A stretch of 52,106 nucleotides of DNA from Macrostomum lignano (taxonomy: Eukaryota): the NCBI GenBank assembly GCA_002269645.1, contig NIVC01004274.1, forward strand, positions 1 through 52,106, written 5' to 3'. Positions 14,001 through 43,150 of the stretch are shown piece by piece (the stretch's first letter is position 1; every line of letters starts with the position of its first letter). A program made the translations under genes and the position numbers. The notes under the pieces were generated by a model. It searched no databases. It saw only the letters and a program-made list of their open reading frames with translations, and was not told where the DNA came from.

Positions 14001-14576
14001 ATCCTTATCTCCAATCTCATTGATCTACTCTCGTCCCTATTCACCATTTTTTTCTTTTCATTTTTTCACCACTTTTTTCTTCATTTTTCTCAATTTTCTT
14101 CTTATGATTGCAGTAGATTGACTTAGTGATGCAGGGTTTGTCAACAGGCCCTGTGGGAAATTTATTAGATCTGAATTCGACTCTCGTTCGGCTTCCTGTG
14201 TGTGTTTATCTTTCTTCCTGTTTTCGTGCTGTTTTGCTTCAATTTTAATTAGATGGAGTTCCCGTGACTCGACGAAATCTGTTCTTATTATCAACATGTT
14301 TTTGCTGAAATGATTAATCAATTAGATTTGGAGAGATGAAGCTCTATGAAGAATTATACAGAGGAAGTTGGTGTGTTGCAAAGAAAACAATTGCACTTCC
14401 TAGTGACCGAAATAGCGAATAAACAAGTACATTTTATAATGAAAACAGATCGAGCTATATTTATAATAAAAAATCCTTACCTTCCTGTTGCTGGTTATTT
14501 AATTAATTAGTTAATTGGTTAATTAGCTAAATGTTTAATGTTTTGATGTATTACCTAATCGATGGATAGATTGATA

Positions 14577-14624
<48 letters not shown>

Positions 14625-14627
14625 TAC

Positions 14628-14664
<37 letters not shown>

Positions 14665-14665
14665 A

Positions 14666-14704
<39 letters not shown>

Positions 14705-15725
14705 TGAATTGAAATGGTGTTTTCTTCCCGGTTTAGGCGCTTAAGATCACCTTAAGACTCGAGCCTCTTCAGTGGGAAGTTCTCTCAACTCTCAGTAGCG
14801 TAGGTAGTGCTGCCACCAGTTCCTTCAGGTCTCGGCCTTCGATGAGGTGAGCTTCCCGTCGGAACGAAATAGCGAAGTCAACGAACTCAGCACAGCGTGC
14901 AGATTTGCAGATTAATGAACAAGGCGTCCTGATCAGCAGATCCCCGCCGGGCTCAGGGGTGGCTGGGAAGGCAGTGTTAGCCTCCCTTAGGCTTGGGCTT
15001 TAGTGGGGTCTCAGTCAGACCAGTACAAACGGATTCAGTACGCAAAGGGCACTTAGTTAGACACTGGCGCACACGGGATCTTAGTGAATTCTCCGCAGAT
15101 AAGAAGCCTCCTTGGCGGAAACAAGGGAGAGGGTCCTATTTATAACCGGAAAACACCCACGCACAAGACCTCGTGACCTCGTTCTATTTTTAGAACTGAC
15201 GTCACTTGAGAGTCTCGGGCAGGGTACAAGCGTGCGGAAGACCTCGTGACTCGTTCTATTTTTAGAACTGACGTCACTTGAGGTCTCTGGCCAGAGTACA
15301 CGCGGCTGTGACTCAGTTGCTATTTTTAGCAACATTAGTCACTCCTCTCCTTAGAGAAGGGAGGGGTCCGAAAGCACGTGATTCTCCCGGTAAACAGGGC
15401 CAACGAGTGCAGTAAACATGTTTACTGCACTTTAGGACTCGAAGAACGCAGAGTCTGTCATGTGACTTGCTCACATGACAGAGGAAAACGGGACGGGAAC
15501 GAAACAGAGACAGCCCACAGCAGAGAAGCTGAGGGCTGAGAACAGAGACGCAGAAGGGCAGAACAGGCCAAGGGCAGCAACAGACGGGCCAAGGGGGGCG
15601 GGAAGCTGACCAGCGGCAGACAGCAACCCAGGGCGAGGGCGAGGGAGACTGCTGACAAAGTGGGACGCCTAACATCAACTAGCGGATCACTACAAATTGA
15701 TTGATTGATTGATTGATTGATTTAC

Positions 15726-15794
<69 letters not shown>

Positions 15795-15795
15795 A

Positions 15796-15827
<32 letters not shown>

Positions 15828-18741
15828 ATTGGTTGATTGATTGATTAAATGATTGATTAACTGATTGATGGGCCCAAATCAATCGCATGAACTCCCGCTC
15901 CCTCAGAATCGATCATGGCCCTGCTGGAGCGCGACAAGCCCCCAGAAGTGGCCGGCTGTCGGGACTGGTCGAAGCGCTGCGCCAAAGCGTTCGGCGCCTC
16001 CACTTCGCTGTACGACCAGAACCCGCTGACCAAGCGGTTCACTGGCGACCCCATCGCCGACTCCTTCGCCGTGGTGGCTCGCCGAAACTGCGGCTTGCTG
16101 GCAATCGCCGACGGAGTGAACTGGGGCGAGAAGAGTCGCCTCGCTGCTCGAGCGGCCCTGCACGGCGCGGTGCGGCATCTCAACCGCTACCTGGCGTTGG
16201 GCGACGCCTTGCCAGACACCAATAAGGCTCTCTCGGTGCTTCTAGAAGCGTTCGTTGCTGCGCAGGCAAATATTCTGAGAATTGGTTCGTTCACTGACAA
16301 CATCTGGTTTCACTTTTTGTCCTTTTAACACTAATCAGACACTGTCAGACCCTAACTGAGCCTCGTCAGACACTAACTAAGCACTGTCAGTCACTAATTA
16401 AAAGTTGTCAGACACTAATTAAAAGTTGTCAGACACTAATTAAAAGTTGTCAGACACTAATTAAAAGTTTGTCAGACACTAATTAAAAGTTGTCAGACAC
16501 TAATTAAAAGTTTGTTAGACACTAATTAAAAGTTGTCAGACACTAATTAAAAGTCGTCAGACACTAATTAAAAGTTGTCAGACACTAATTAACAGTCGTC
16601 AGACACTAATTAAAAGTTGTCAGACACTAATTTAACTAGTCAGACACAGAGTAAAAGTTCGATACACCCCCCTCACACGAGCAGGTGGCGGCCTGACAAC
16701 CCTCAGCGTCGCCCTCGCCCTCCCACTCGCCGGAGCGGACCGATCGCCCCAGTTCGCCGTGACCTGCGTCAGCCTTGGCGACTCCCCAGTCTACCTCTGG
16801 TCGAAGACGAAAGGCCTTCGCGAGCTGACCGTGGGCTCCCACGACCTGTGCAAGGCGCGCGATATGCGGGACGCCGGCGGGGCACTCGGCCCAGTCCACG
16901 GTGGCAAGGAGCCGGAGCTGCACAATCTCACCTGCGCTCTGACCATCTGCGACCCTGGCGACGTCCTGCTCCTGACCAGCGACGGAGTGTCCGACAACTT
17001 CGACCCCGTGGTGCAACGCCTGGCAGTGCCGTGGGACCCCGCCAAGCACTGCCAGGCCTCGGAGAACGAGCCTCAGGACCGGCCTGCAATGCGACCGTCT
17101 GAGCGACATCAGTACGGTCTCAAACTGATGGAGCGAGTGCTGCTCGAACGAGAACTCGAGCTCAACTCGGTGCCAAGCGCCCAAGACGTTTGCGAAGCTC
17201 TGATCGACTCGGTTCGAGCGACCACTCAAGCCCGACGAACTCTGCTAGAGGATCCGGCTAGGAGAGTTCGTGATGCCGGCAGGCGGCAGAGCTTAGCGGA
17301 GAAGCTGATGGCGCTTCCAGGGAAGCTGGATCACGCCACGGTTGTCGCGTACGAGGTCGGGCTCTACCAAGGCGACGAGTTCGAGCTGTACGAAGAAACC
17401 GCAGCGCTGAGATCGGCGCCTCGAGCTCCGGTGCCGGGCGGCGGTAGGGGCCCCAGGGCGAGCGACCTGGACTCTGGCTGTGCCTCGGACCCCGACTGCT
17501 GCAGATCTTCTGCCGGGCCCGCCGCGGCAAACGGCGTTCGGTCGGCGAGCAACTCGTCTGATAGGCGATGCAGCTGCTCGTTTGCGTGAGTGCGACAGCT
17601 CGCTTTGCTGGCGGTTGTTATGGGGAATCCTTGTCGTTGCTATAGGGAATCCTTGCCGTTGCTATGGGAAATCCTTTTGGATGCTATGGGAAATCCTTGC
17701 CGTTGCTATGAGGGATCATTTTCGTTGCTATAGGGAATCCTTGCCGTTGCTATGGGAAATCCTTGTGGATGCTATGGGAAATCCTTGCCGTCTGGGTTTT
17801 TTTTCGTCCATAACTTGGGTGCGATTTCGCACCCTGTGCTAGATTTCAGGGTGCGATTTTCAAGACCAGGATGCGCTGCACTGCTGCAGACAAAAACTGG
17901 TCTAATACTAATAGTGTTTCAAAGTTTTTGTCCATCCAAACCATCCAATGATGATCCAAATTCCAAATTCCAAACGCTTAACTTAATTGTTTGATCTCCT
18001 TATAATTCTCCCCTCAGCCTCAGCTCAGCTTAGCTCAGCAGTCAGCTGTCAGCTAAGTAACAGTAAAACACTAAATTGTAAAACCCGCATCATATCCTTG
18101 CAAAAATTTGGGTGCGCTTTTCGCACCCTGAGTCAAATTTCAGGGTGCGATTTTTAAGACCAGGATGCTATTCGCACCCATTCGTACAAAAAAAACCCAG
18201 CTTGCCGTTGCTATGGGGAATCCTTGCCATTGCTATGGGAAATACTTGTGGATGCTATGGGAAATCCTTGCCGTTGCTATGTGGAGTCCTTGCCGTTGCT
18301 ATGGGGAATCCTTGTCGTTGCTATGAGGGATCCTTATTGTTGCTTTTGGGGAAACCTTGCCGTTGCTATGGGAGTCCTTATCATATCTATGGGGAGTCCT
18401 TGCCGTTGCTATGGGGAATCCTTGTCGTTGCTATGAGGGATCCTTATCGTTGCTTTTGGGGAAACCTTGCCGTTGCTATGCGAGTCCTTATCATATCTAT
18501 GGGGAGTCCTTGTCGTTTCTATGGGTAATCCTTGCCGTTGCTATGGTGAATCCTTGCCGTTGCTTTTATACTATTGACAATTTCAGTTGTCATAGTAACA
18601 AGCACAATCATTAAAACAAACTAGGAATCTCGCGGCGTATAATTAGCAAATTATAAATCAACTTTGCTGGTTTATTTCAGACCCGAGTCACTGTCCGACA
18701 TCGAGTTCGCAGACACAGACTCCGACTGCGTGATGGAGTAA
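8071..18741 (+). CDS. PP2C-like (PPM-type) phosphatase domain protein, Drosophila CG9801-like, 539 aa; exons 8071-8138, 8236-8447, 15907-16284, 16685-17585, 18681-18741
   Basis: All four introns are GT-AG with matching phases (2,1,1,2); total 1620 nt. PPM motifs: [57 protein letters not shown] and PELHNLT match my recollection of the CG9801 subfamily. The small exons are supported by phase and splice consensus only. Confidence 0.88.
8525..8990. repeat. 21-22-bp minisatellite (CATACAGAACACACTGACCCC)
   Basis: Tandem units with a variable C run, in PP2C intron 2. Confidence 0.95.
9577..10857. repeat. 20-bp CT-rich minisatellite (TCCTTGTCTCCCTCTCTGTC)
   Basis: Tandem array; source of the 400+ aa spurious ORFs on both strands. 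Confidence 0.97.
12090..12960. repeat. CT-rich (CTCTCTCC)n low-complexity array
   Basis: Direct reading. Confidence 0.95.
13370..13930. repeat. ~44-bp degenerate minisatellite (TCTAATCTCACCC..GTGTCTCAGAATCTC core)
   Basis: Recurrent tctcagaatctc and tctaatctcacc blocks. Confidence 0.85.
14572..14705. repeat. (GATT)n microsatellite
   Basis: Direct reading. Confidence 0.95.
14715..15694. mobile_element. Putative LTR-like / inserted element interrupting a (GATT)n tract
   Basis: ~1 kb GC-rich unique segment flanked on both sides by (GATT)n. It has TG...CA candidate ends, an internal 45-46-bp direct repeat and a minus-strand TATAAATAG near 15136-15144. No convincing TSD or PBS found. Confidence 0.4.
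15181..15430. promoter_or_regulatory. Cluster of transcription-factor consensus sites: MEF2 x3, CRE x2, AP-1, E-box, paired forkhead sites
   Basis: CTATTTTTAG at 15184, 15256, 15320; TGACGTCA at 15197, 15269; TGACTCA at 15309; CACGTG near 15375; 24-bp perfect palindrome GTGCAGTAAACATGTTTACTGCAC at 15407-15430. Function not shown. Confidence 0.5.
15697..15868. repeat. (GATT)n microsatellite
   Basis: Direct reading. Confidence 0.95.
16340..16645. repeat. 21-bp minisatellite (GTCAGACACTAATTAAAAGTT), PP2C intron 3
   Basis: Tandem units filling a 400-bp intron. Confidence 0.93.
17615..17790. repeat. 22-bp minisatellite family (CCTTGCCGTTGCTATGGGGAAT), array 1
   Basis: Same unit as the arrays at 18200 and 21060. 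Confidence 0.9.
18200..18560. repeat. 22-bp minisatellite family (CCTTGCCGTTGCTATGGGGAAT), array 2
   Basis: Direct reading. Confidence 0.92.
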
Positions 18742-19049
18742 CTTAGCTGTGGGCGACAAATGATGTTAATTAAACAAATTTTTGAAGTATTTATGCAACA
18801 TTTTTCGATGATACGAGTATGCTGTTCGTATTAATTTTTATGTCAGTGTATAAAAAATTCGGCAATTTGCACCACACTCTACTAGCGCCATGTTTGTCAG
18901 TAGTGTAGTTTGCGCACGCATTCCAGTTTTTGGTCTCCCGCATAAATTGTTCAATGTTTATCGTAGATTTTATCAGCGCATCGTTTTGAATTTTGCCAAA
19001 AATTTGTCACTGCCCAAATTTAACACTACCTTTAAACTCCAAAACTATA

Positions 19050-20365
19050 AATCTCTAAAACTACCAAATCCCAAAAACTAGCAAATCCTAAAAACTACCA
19101 AATCCTAAAATCTAGCAAATCTCAAAATCTACCAAATCCTATTATCTACTGAATCCCAAAAACTACCAAATCCCAAAAACTACAAAATCCCAGAAACTAT
19201 ACCAGATCCAAAAACTACAAAATCTTAGAAACTACCAGACCCAAAAACTACCAAATCCTAAAATCTACCAAATCCTAAAATCTACCAAATCTCAGAAACT
19301 ACCAAATCCTAAAATCTACCAAATCTCAAAAACTACCAAATCCTAAAATTTACCAAATCTCAAAAACTACCAAATCCTAAAATTTACCAAATCTCAAAAA
19401 CTACCAAATCTCAAAAACTACCAAATCCTAAAATCTACAAAATCTCAAAAACTATCAAATTCTAAAATCTACAAAATCTCAAAAACTACCAAATTCTAAA
19501 ATCTACCAAATCTCAAAAACTACCAAATCCCAAAAAGCTACAAAATCCCAGAAACTATCAGACCCAAAAACTACAAAATCCCAGAAACTATACCAGATCC
19601 AAAAACTACAAAATCTTAGAAACTACCAGACCCAAAAACTACCAAATCCTAAAATCTACCAAATCTCAGAAACTACCAAATCCTAAAATCTACCAAATCT
19701 CAAAAACTACCAAATCCTAAAATTTACCAAATCTCAAAAACTACCAAATCTCAAAAACTACCAAATCCTAAAATCTACCAAATCTCAAAAACTACCAAAA
19801 TCTAAAATCTACAAAATCTCAAAAACTACCAAATCCTAAAATCTACCAAATCTCAAAAACTACCAAATCCTAAAATCTACCAAATCTCAAAAACTACCAA
19901 ATCCTAAAATCTAGCAAATCTCAAAAACTACCAAATCCTAAAATCTACCAAATCTCAAAATCTACCAAATCCTAAAATCTACCAAATCTCAAAAACTACC
20001 AAATCCTAAAATCTAGCAAATCTCAAAAACTACCAAATTCTAAAATCTACCAAATCTCAAAAACTACCAAATCCTAAAATTTACCAAATCTCAAAAACTA
20101 CCAAATCTCAAAAACTACCAAATCCTAAAATCTACCAAATCTCAAAAACTACCAAAATCTAAAATCTACAAAATCTCAAAAACTACCAAATCCTAAAATC
20201 TAGCAAATCTCAAAAACTACCAAATCCTAAAATCTACCAAATCTCAAAAACTACCAAATCCTAAAATCTACAAAATCTCAAAAACTACCAAATCCTAAAA
20301 TCTACCAAATCTCAAAAACTACTAAATCTCAAAAACTACCGAATTCCTAAAACTACTAAATCCCA
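19050..20365. repeat. 17-bp minisatellite with alternating monomers (CTACCAAATCTCAAAAA / CTACCAAATCCTAAAAT)
   Basis: A 34-bp dimeric periodicity is visible. Confidence 0.95.
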
Positions 20366-21059
20366 GCTATTGACGACCAAAATAATCAGGTGCTTCATTA
20401 ATTTGACCCAGAATGTGTCCTGGAGTGAACCGTTTTGTTTAAAATAATTTTTATTAACACATTTCTATGTTGTGCTAGACAGCACGATTGGTTTTAGCAA
20501 AAAAAATTTTTACCACATAATTGTTTCAAAGTTGTCAGACTGTAAATTGTTCATTCTTAGCCTATTAAGAATTTTCTGTCATATTGAACTGTTCTCAAAG
20601 AATAATTATCTAGTCAAAAAATACGTCTCTCTCAGCGTGTTTTAAAATCATCACATTTTATCTTGCATATTTTTCCTGCTTGTTTCGCCGGCAACTTCTT
20701 TATTCGAGCCCAGATATTGCAGACAAGTTTTCGCTGTTTTCTGTCAACTTATTTAGCAAATGTAAGCTTTTTGTGACCCTGTCTGTAGTAATACTTTTCT
20801 GCTTTTGCTGTCTCTCGGTGGCCTGTCTGTCAGTCTGTCAGTGTCTGGTCTGTCTTTTTTGCAGAATCTCAATTGGATTCTAAAACTGATTTTGCGTTAA
20901 AAAAGTGAAAAGAACTTAAAGAAGTATGGAAATGAAAAGAGTCCGGAATGGCAGACTAGAAGCTGGTTTCGATCAAAGTTTTAGGAACAATTTTTTTGTT
21001 CTGATGCAGAACTGTTTTTGAATTTTTATCATTGTTGACAGAGTCTATAATTGGAATCT

Positions 21060-21610
21060 GGCCGTTGCTACGAGGAATCCTTTCCGTTGTTATAGGGAAT
21101 CCTTGCCGTTGTTATGGAGAATCCTTGCCGTTGCTATGGGGAATCCTTGCCGTTACTATGGGGAATCCTTGCCGTTGTTATGGAGAATCCTTGCCGTTGC
21201 TATGGGGAATCCTTGCCGTTGTTATGGAGAATCCTTGCCTTAAAAATATGGAATCCTTTCCGTTGCTATGGGGAATTTCTTGCCATTGCTGAAGGATTCT
21301 TGCCGTTTCTTTGGGGAATATTTGCCGTTGCTATGGGGAGTCCTTGCCGTTGTTATGGGGAGTCCTTGCCGTTGTTATAGGGGATCCTTGCCGTTGCTAT
21401 GGGGAATATTTGCCGTTGCTATGGGGAGTCCTTGCCGTTGTTATGGGGAGTCCTTGCCGTTGTTATGGGGAGTCCTTGCCGTTGTTATGGGGAACTTCTT
21501 GCCATTGCTGAGGGATTCCTTGCCGTTGTTATGGAGAATCCTTACCGTTGCTATGGGGAATATTTGCCGTTGCCATGGGAAATTTCTTGCTGTTGCTATG
21601 GGGAATCCTT
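21060..21610. repeat. 22-bp minisatellite family (CCTTGCCGTTGCTATGGGGAAT), array 3
   Basis: Direct reading. Confidence 0.92.
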
Positions 21611-22254
21611 GTCGGTGACCAGCACAAGCATACATAACACTGCTTGTTAGATATGCCTAAAAAGACAGACAGACAGACAAGCTTACAATCATGCTGCAGA
21701 ATGTGTCAGGGTTAAAAATCAGCTTTTTTAATCTTCTTGTTTTTCTTTCAAAGAAGACATTAAAAGAAGAAATAAGTTAATGTTCCAATGTGATATTAAC
21801 CATCAAGCTGGATTTAATGTTGAAAACTCTTTGACAGTTTTATTAGATGTTTTCTTCTTCTGCCTGTGCAGGAAATGACATGGATTAAGGAGTCTTTAAG
21901 AGCACTGAGAAGACACACGCTCACACAGGCTGTACATCTTGCCTCTGAGTTTTGCATTGTCAGGCACTGTACACTGTGTTTTTGGGAGGCTCCAGAATGA
22001 TTAAGCAAATGAAAAAAGTAATTTCAAGAGCTGAATTGATAAGTTGGAAGTGACAGTCAGGGTTTGCATGTAGGTTAATAAGTTTTTTCAAGTATTTTTT
22101 CCCCAAAAAGTTGTTTACGCGCCTATGGAAAGTACAGATTATCCACAGGCAACGGCTAATCACTGCAGATCAAAATTGCTGTTTGACGTGAGGAGAAAAT
22201 ATGAACCATGGGATGACAGAATGTGACTAAGAGTGACAGAGGGTGACAGGGGGT

Positions 22255-22795
22255 GACAGAGGCCGTGACAGAGAGGGACCGAGGGTGACAGGGAATCATA
22301 GAGGGTGACAGGGAGTCATAGAGGGTGACAGGGAGTCATAGAGGGTGACAGGGAATCATAGAGGGTGACAGGGAATCATAGAGGGTGACAGGGAATCATA
22401 GAGGGTGACAGGGAATCATAGAGGGTGACAGGGAATCATAGAGGGTGACAGGGAATCATAGAGGGTGACAGGGAATCATAGAGGGTGACAGGGAATCATG
22501 GAGGGTGACAGGGAATCATAGAGGGTGACAGGGAATCATAGAGGGTGACAGGGAGTCATAGAGGGTGACAGTGAATCATAGAGGGTGACAGGGAATCATA
22601 GAGGGTGACAGGGAATCATAGAGGGTGACAGGGAATCATGGAGGGTGACAGGGAATCATGGAGGGTGACAGGGAATCATAGAGGGTGACAGGGAATCATA
22701 GAGGGTGACAGGGAATCATAGAGGGTGACAGGGAATCATGGAGGGTGACAGGGAATCATAGAGGGTGACAGGGAATCATAGAGGGTGACAGAAGA
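22255..22795. repeat. 20-bp minisatellite (GAGGGTGACAGGGAATCATA)
   Basis: Near-perfect tandem array, intergenic. Confidence 0.97.
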
Positions 22796-23373
22796 TCACA
22801 GAGGGGCTGATAAATGGCAGCCCAGTGGGGAGAAATGTGAATCGAGAGACAGAGAGTGAAAGGAACTTAACCTAATGCATTAATATATAACATGCAAGTT
22901 AGGGACACACGGCATCAAAATTATAGTACATATTATTCAGCCGCAAATCAGACAGATAATTTATCGTCCAATTTCCGAAAATCAAGGCTCCGCTAAAGTA
23001 TGCTTGACAATAAAAAACTGACTTACATCTGCATGTATAGTCAGCTGCTATTCTGATCATCTAATTTCTCCCTCAAGAGTCGTTTATAAAGTAGGTAATT
23101 TAACTTCGGCTGGCGGGTTATCAGGCGAAGGAGAGAGCCAGAGAGCCAGAGCAGAGACAGCAGACGGGCCAAGCTGACTGGCTGGGAGCTGCAGAGAGGA
23201 AATGAGGCAAAGCCGCCATCGGCATCAGGGAGTCTGAGACTGCAGCGCTCAAAAGTGAGATCTTGGGACAAATCTCGAATCGCTCTGATCCCCTTAGATT
23301 TCGGCAGATAATTTGATCTTAGATCTGGCTTCGCGTGCAACTGATAACTAAAAAATACCGAAGAAAGCAGCCA

Positions 23374-40440
<17,067 letters not shown>

Positions 40441-40714
40441 CACAGACAGCCAGCAACTGAAATCTACAATGATTTCAAACTCTTTTGATAAGCAAGTTTG
40501 CTTAATTTGCACCGCTCAGTCGAATGTAAATACAGTAGTATTTAGAAGCACATCAGCACCAGAAACTATATATGATGCCCAATATTATATAGATTACACA
40601 ATGTATAATGTCACTCACTCTTATTTATTGTTAATTTCACTACAAATTTCTAATAGAATTGTACAGTAATAAAAAATAAGCAAATATTTTGAGTTTCATA
40701 CTGGTTTATTTAAA

Positions 40715-41145
40715 TTGAAGACAGATGACAATGGCCAAGACACACCTGAAGACAGATGACAATGGCCAAGACACACCTGAAGACAGGTGACAATGGCCAA
40801 GACACACCTGAAGACAGGTGACAATGGCCAAGACAAACCTGAAGACAGGTGACAATGGCCAAGACACACCTGAAGACAGGTGACAATGGCCAAGACACAT
40901 CTGAAGACAGATGACAATGGCCAAGACACACCTGAAGACAGGTGACAATGGCCAAGACAAACCTGAAGACAGGTGACAATGGCCAAGACACACCTGAAGA
41001 CAGGTGAAAATGGCCAAGACACATCTGAAGACAGATGACAATGGCCAAGACACACCTGAAGACAGGTGACAATGGCTAAGACACACCTGAAGACAGGTGA
41101 CAATGGCCAAGACACACCTGAAGACAGGTGACAATGGCCAAGACC
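40715..41145. repeat. 31-bp minisatellite (GAAGACAGGTGACAATGGCCAAGACACACCT), ~14 copies
   Basis: Head-to-tail units without spacers. Confidence 0.95.
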
Positions 41146-42399
41146 TTAATCTCAAGTTACAAAGAACTAAAAAAAGCAAGCAATTAAGCCCCGATGTGAA
41201 ACTTGTGGCATAAATGAAGCGGGATAAAAAAGCAATGATAGCTAAACAATCATTCAAACAAATATATATTTAGAAAACAAAGCTTTTATACTTAACTAAA
41301 AAACAGTTAAAACACCGAAGGCTCCGCAGTCATCATGAATTTAATGACAACAGTTTCTTATAAAAAACAAATAAAAGATAAAGTTTTGCTTCTAATGCTT
41401 TCGCAAAGATTAGCAATACACTGTAAATTAAAAAGTTCTCCGTGGCACCAAAAACTAGTCATTAGTAAACAAAGACTACTGTTGGAATAAGGCTTGTAGC
41501 GCTTTGGCTTATGATGCAAAATTTAGCATGTATTGTTGGTATTAGAGTCAATAACTATTGATTAAAAAGCAAAGGTAAAAATCAATGGCCATTTGTAACT
41601 GGTTGTACAATACTCATATAATATAGTATAGATCTACTCTCACGCCCTATTGCAGTGTCTGCGCTTTCCTTAATATACTACTGTTCAATATACTGCAAGT
41701 AGCAAGTAGTGCGGTATAAAAATAGCAAAGGAAATATGTAATAAAAAAACAAAAAAAAAAATTAAACAGAATACACTGGTATGAATCTATAAAAAAAGCT
41801 ATTAAAAAGTTGAACTTCAAAAATGAACCAATAATTTTGTACAGAATTTCAGAACTTAGCAGTTCCTGTGGATTCGTGGAATGAATATTTATTGTAAAGC
41901 TACTTTAAGATCTTGGATATTTCAATAGAGTGTAAGAGACATATTTCACTGGGAAAACGTAATGTACTTAAAAAAAGATCTGCATTTAAGTACAGTTGAA
42001 ATCTAGCAGATTTGATGCAGCAGTGAAGTACAGAGCGTGTATTGAAATCTAATATTTGACAAATTAATGACTGATAAGATTGAAGTACTCAGAGATCACT
42101 GAGGAGTAAAAACCGTGATGGCTGAATAAATAAGCCAGAGATATACAGAAAGGAGAGACTGATAAGGAGGCGAAAAGGAGGGAGATAGAAGGAGAGAGGG
42201 GAGAGTGGAAAAGAGAGATGTGGAAAATAGGGGAAAAGGGGACGATGGGAAGAGAGGGAGGGGTAGCGATTAGAGGAAGAGAGGGAGAGTTGGAAAGAAG
42301 ACAGAGAGATGAGACGTAGAGAGAGAGGAGGCGAGAGGGAGAGGGAGAGGGGGAGAAGAGGGAGAGAGAGAATAGAGGAAGAGAAGAGATGAGACGGGA

Positions 42400-43150
42400 G
42401 AGGAAGTCGGCGAAAGGCGTAGAGATGAGAGGAAGAGAGATTAGAGGGAGAGATGACGGGAGATGAGGGAGAGAGATGCGAGGAAGAGATGAGAGGGGGA
42501 GATGAGAGGGAGAGATGAGAGGGGGAGATGAGGGGAGATGAGGGAGAGATGAGAGGGGGAGATAAGGGGAGATGAGGGAGAGATGAGAGGGGGAGAGATG
42601 AGAGGGGAAGAGATGAGAGGGGGAGAGATGAGAGGGGAAGAGATGAGAGGGGGAGAGATTAGAGGAGGAGAGATGGGAGGGAGGGAGATGAGAGGGGTAG
42701 AGATGGGAGGGGGAGAGATGAGAGGGGAGAGATGAGAGGGGGAGAGATGAGAGGGGGAGAGATAAGTGGGGGAGAGATGAGAGGGGGAGAGATGAGAGGG
42801 GAGAGATAAGAGGGGGAGAGATGAGAGGGGGAGAGATAAGAGGGGGAGAGATGAGAGGGGGAGAGATAAGAGGGGGAGAGATGAGAGGGGAGAGATAAGA
42901 GGGGGAGAGATGAGAGGGGGAGAGATAAGAGGGGGAGAGATAAGAGGGGGAGAGATAAGAGGGGGAGAGATGAGAGGGGGAGAGATAAGAGGGGAGAGAT
43001 AAGAGGGGGAGAGATAAGAGGAGGAGAGATAAGAGGGGGAGAGATAAGAAGGGGAGAGATGAGAGGGGGAGAGATAAGAGGGGGAGAGATAAGAGGGGGA
43101 GAGATAAGAGGGGGAGAGATAAGAGGGGGAGAGATGAGAGAGAGGGAGAT
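42400..43150. repeat. GA-rich 15-bp minisatellite (GAGGGGGAGAGATAA)
   Basis: Direct reading. Confidence 0.95.

Noticed and set aside
23140-23195. CAGACGGGCCAAG..GCTGAC shared with 15575-15615
   Set aside because: Match too short to call a shared element without a genome search.
40715-41145. CRISPR-like 31-bp repeats
   Set aside because: No spacers; an ordinary minisatellite.
42400-43150. G-quadruplex potential in GA/G-run arrays
   Set aside because: Expected for any G-run minisatellite; no positional evidence of function.
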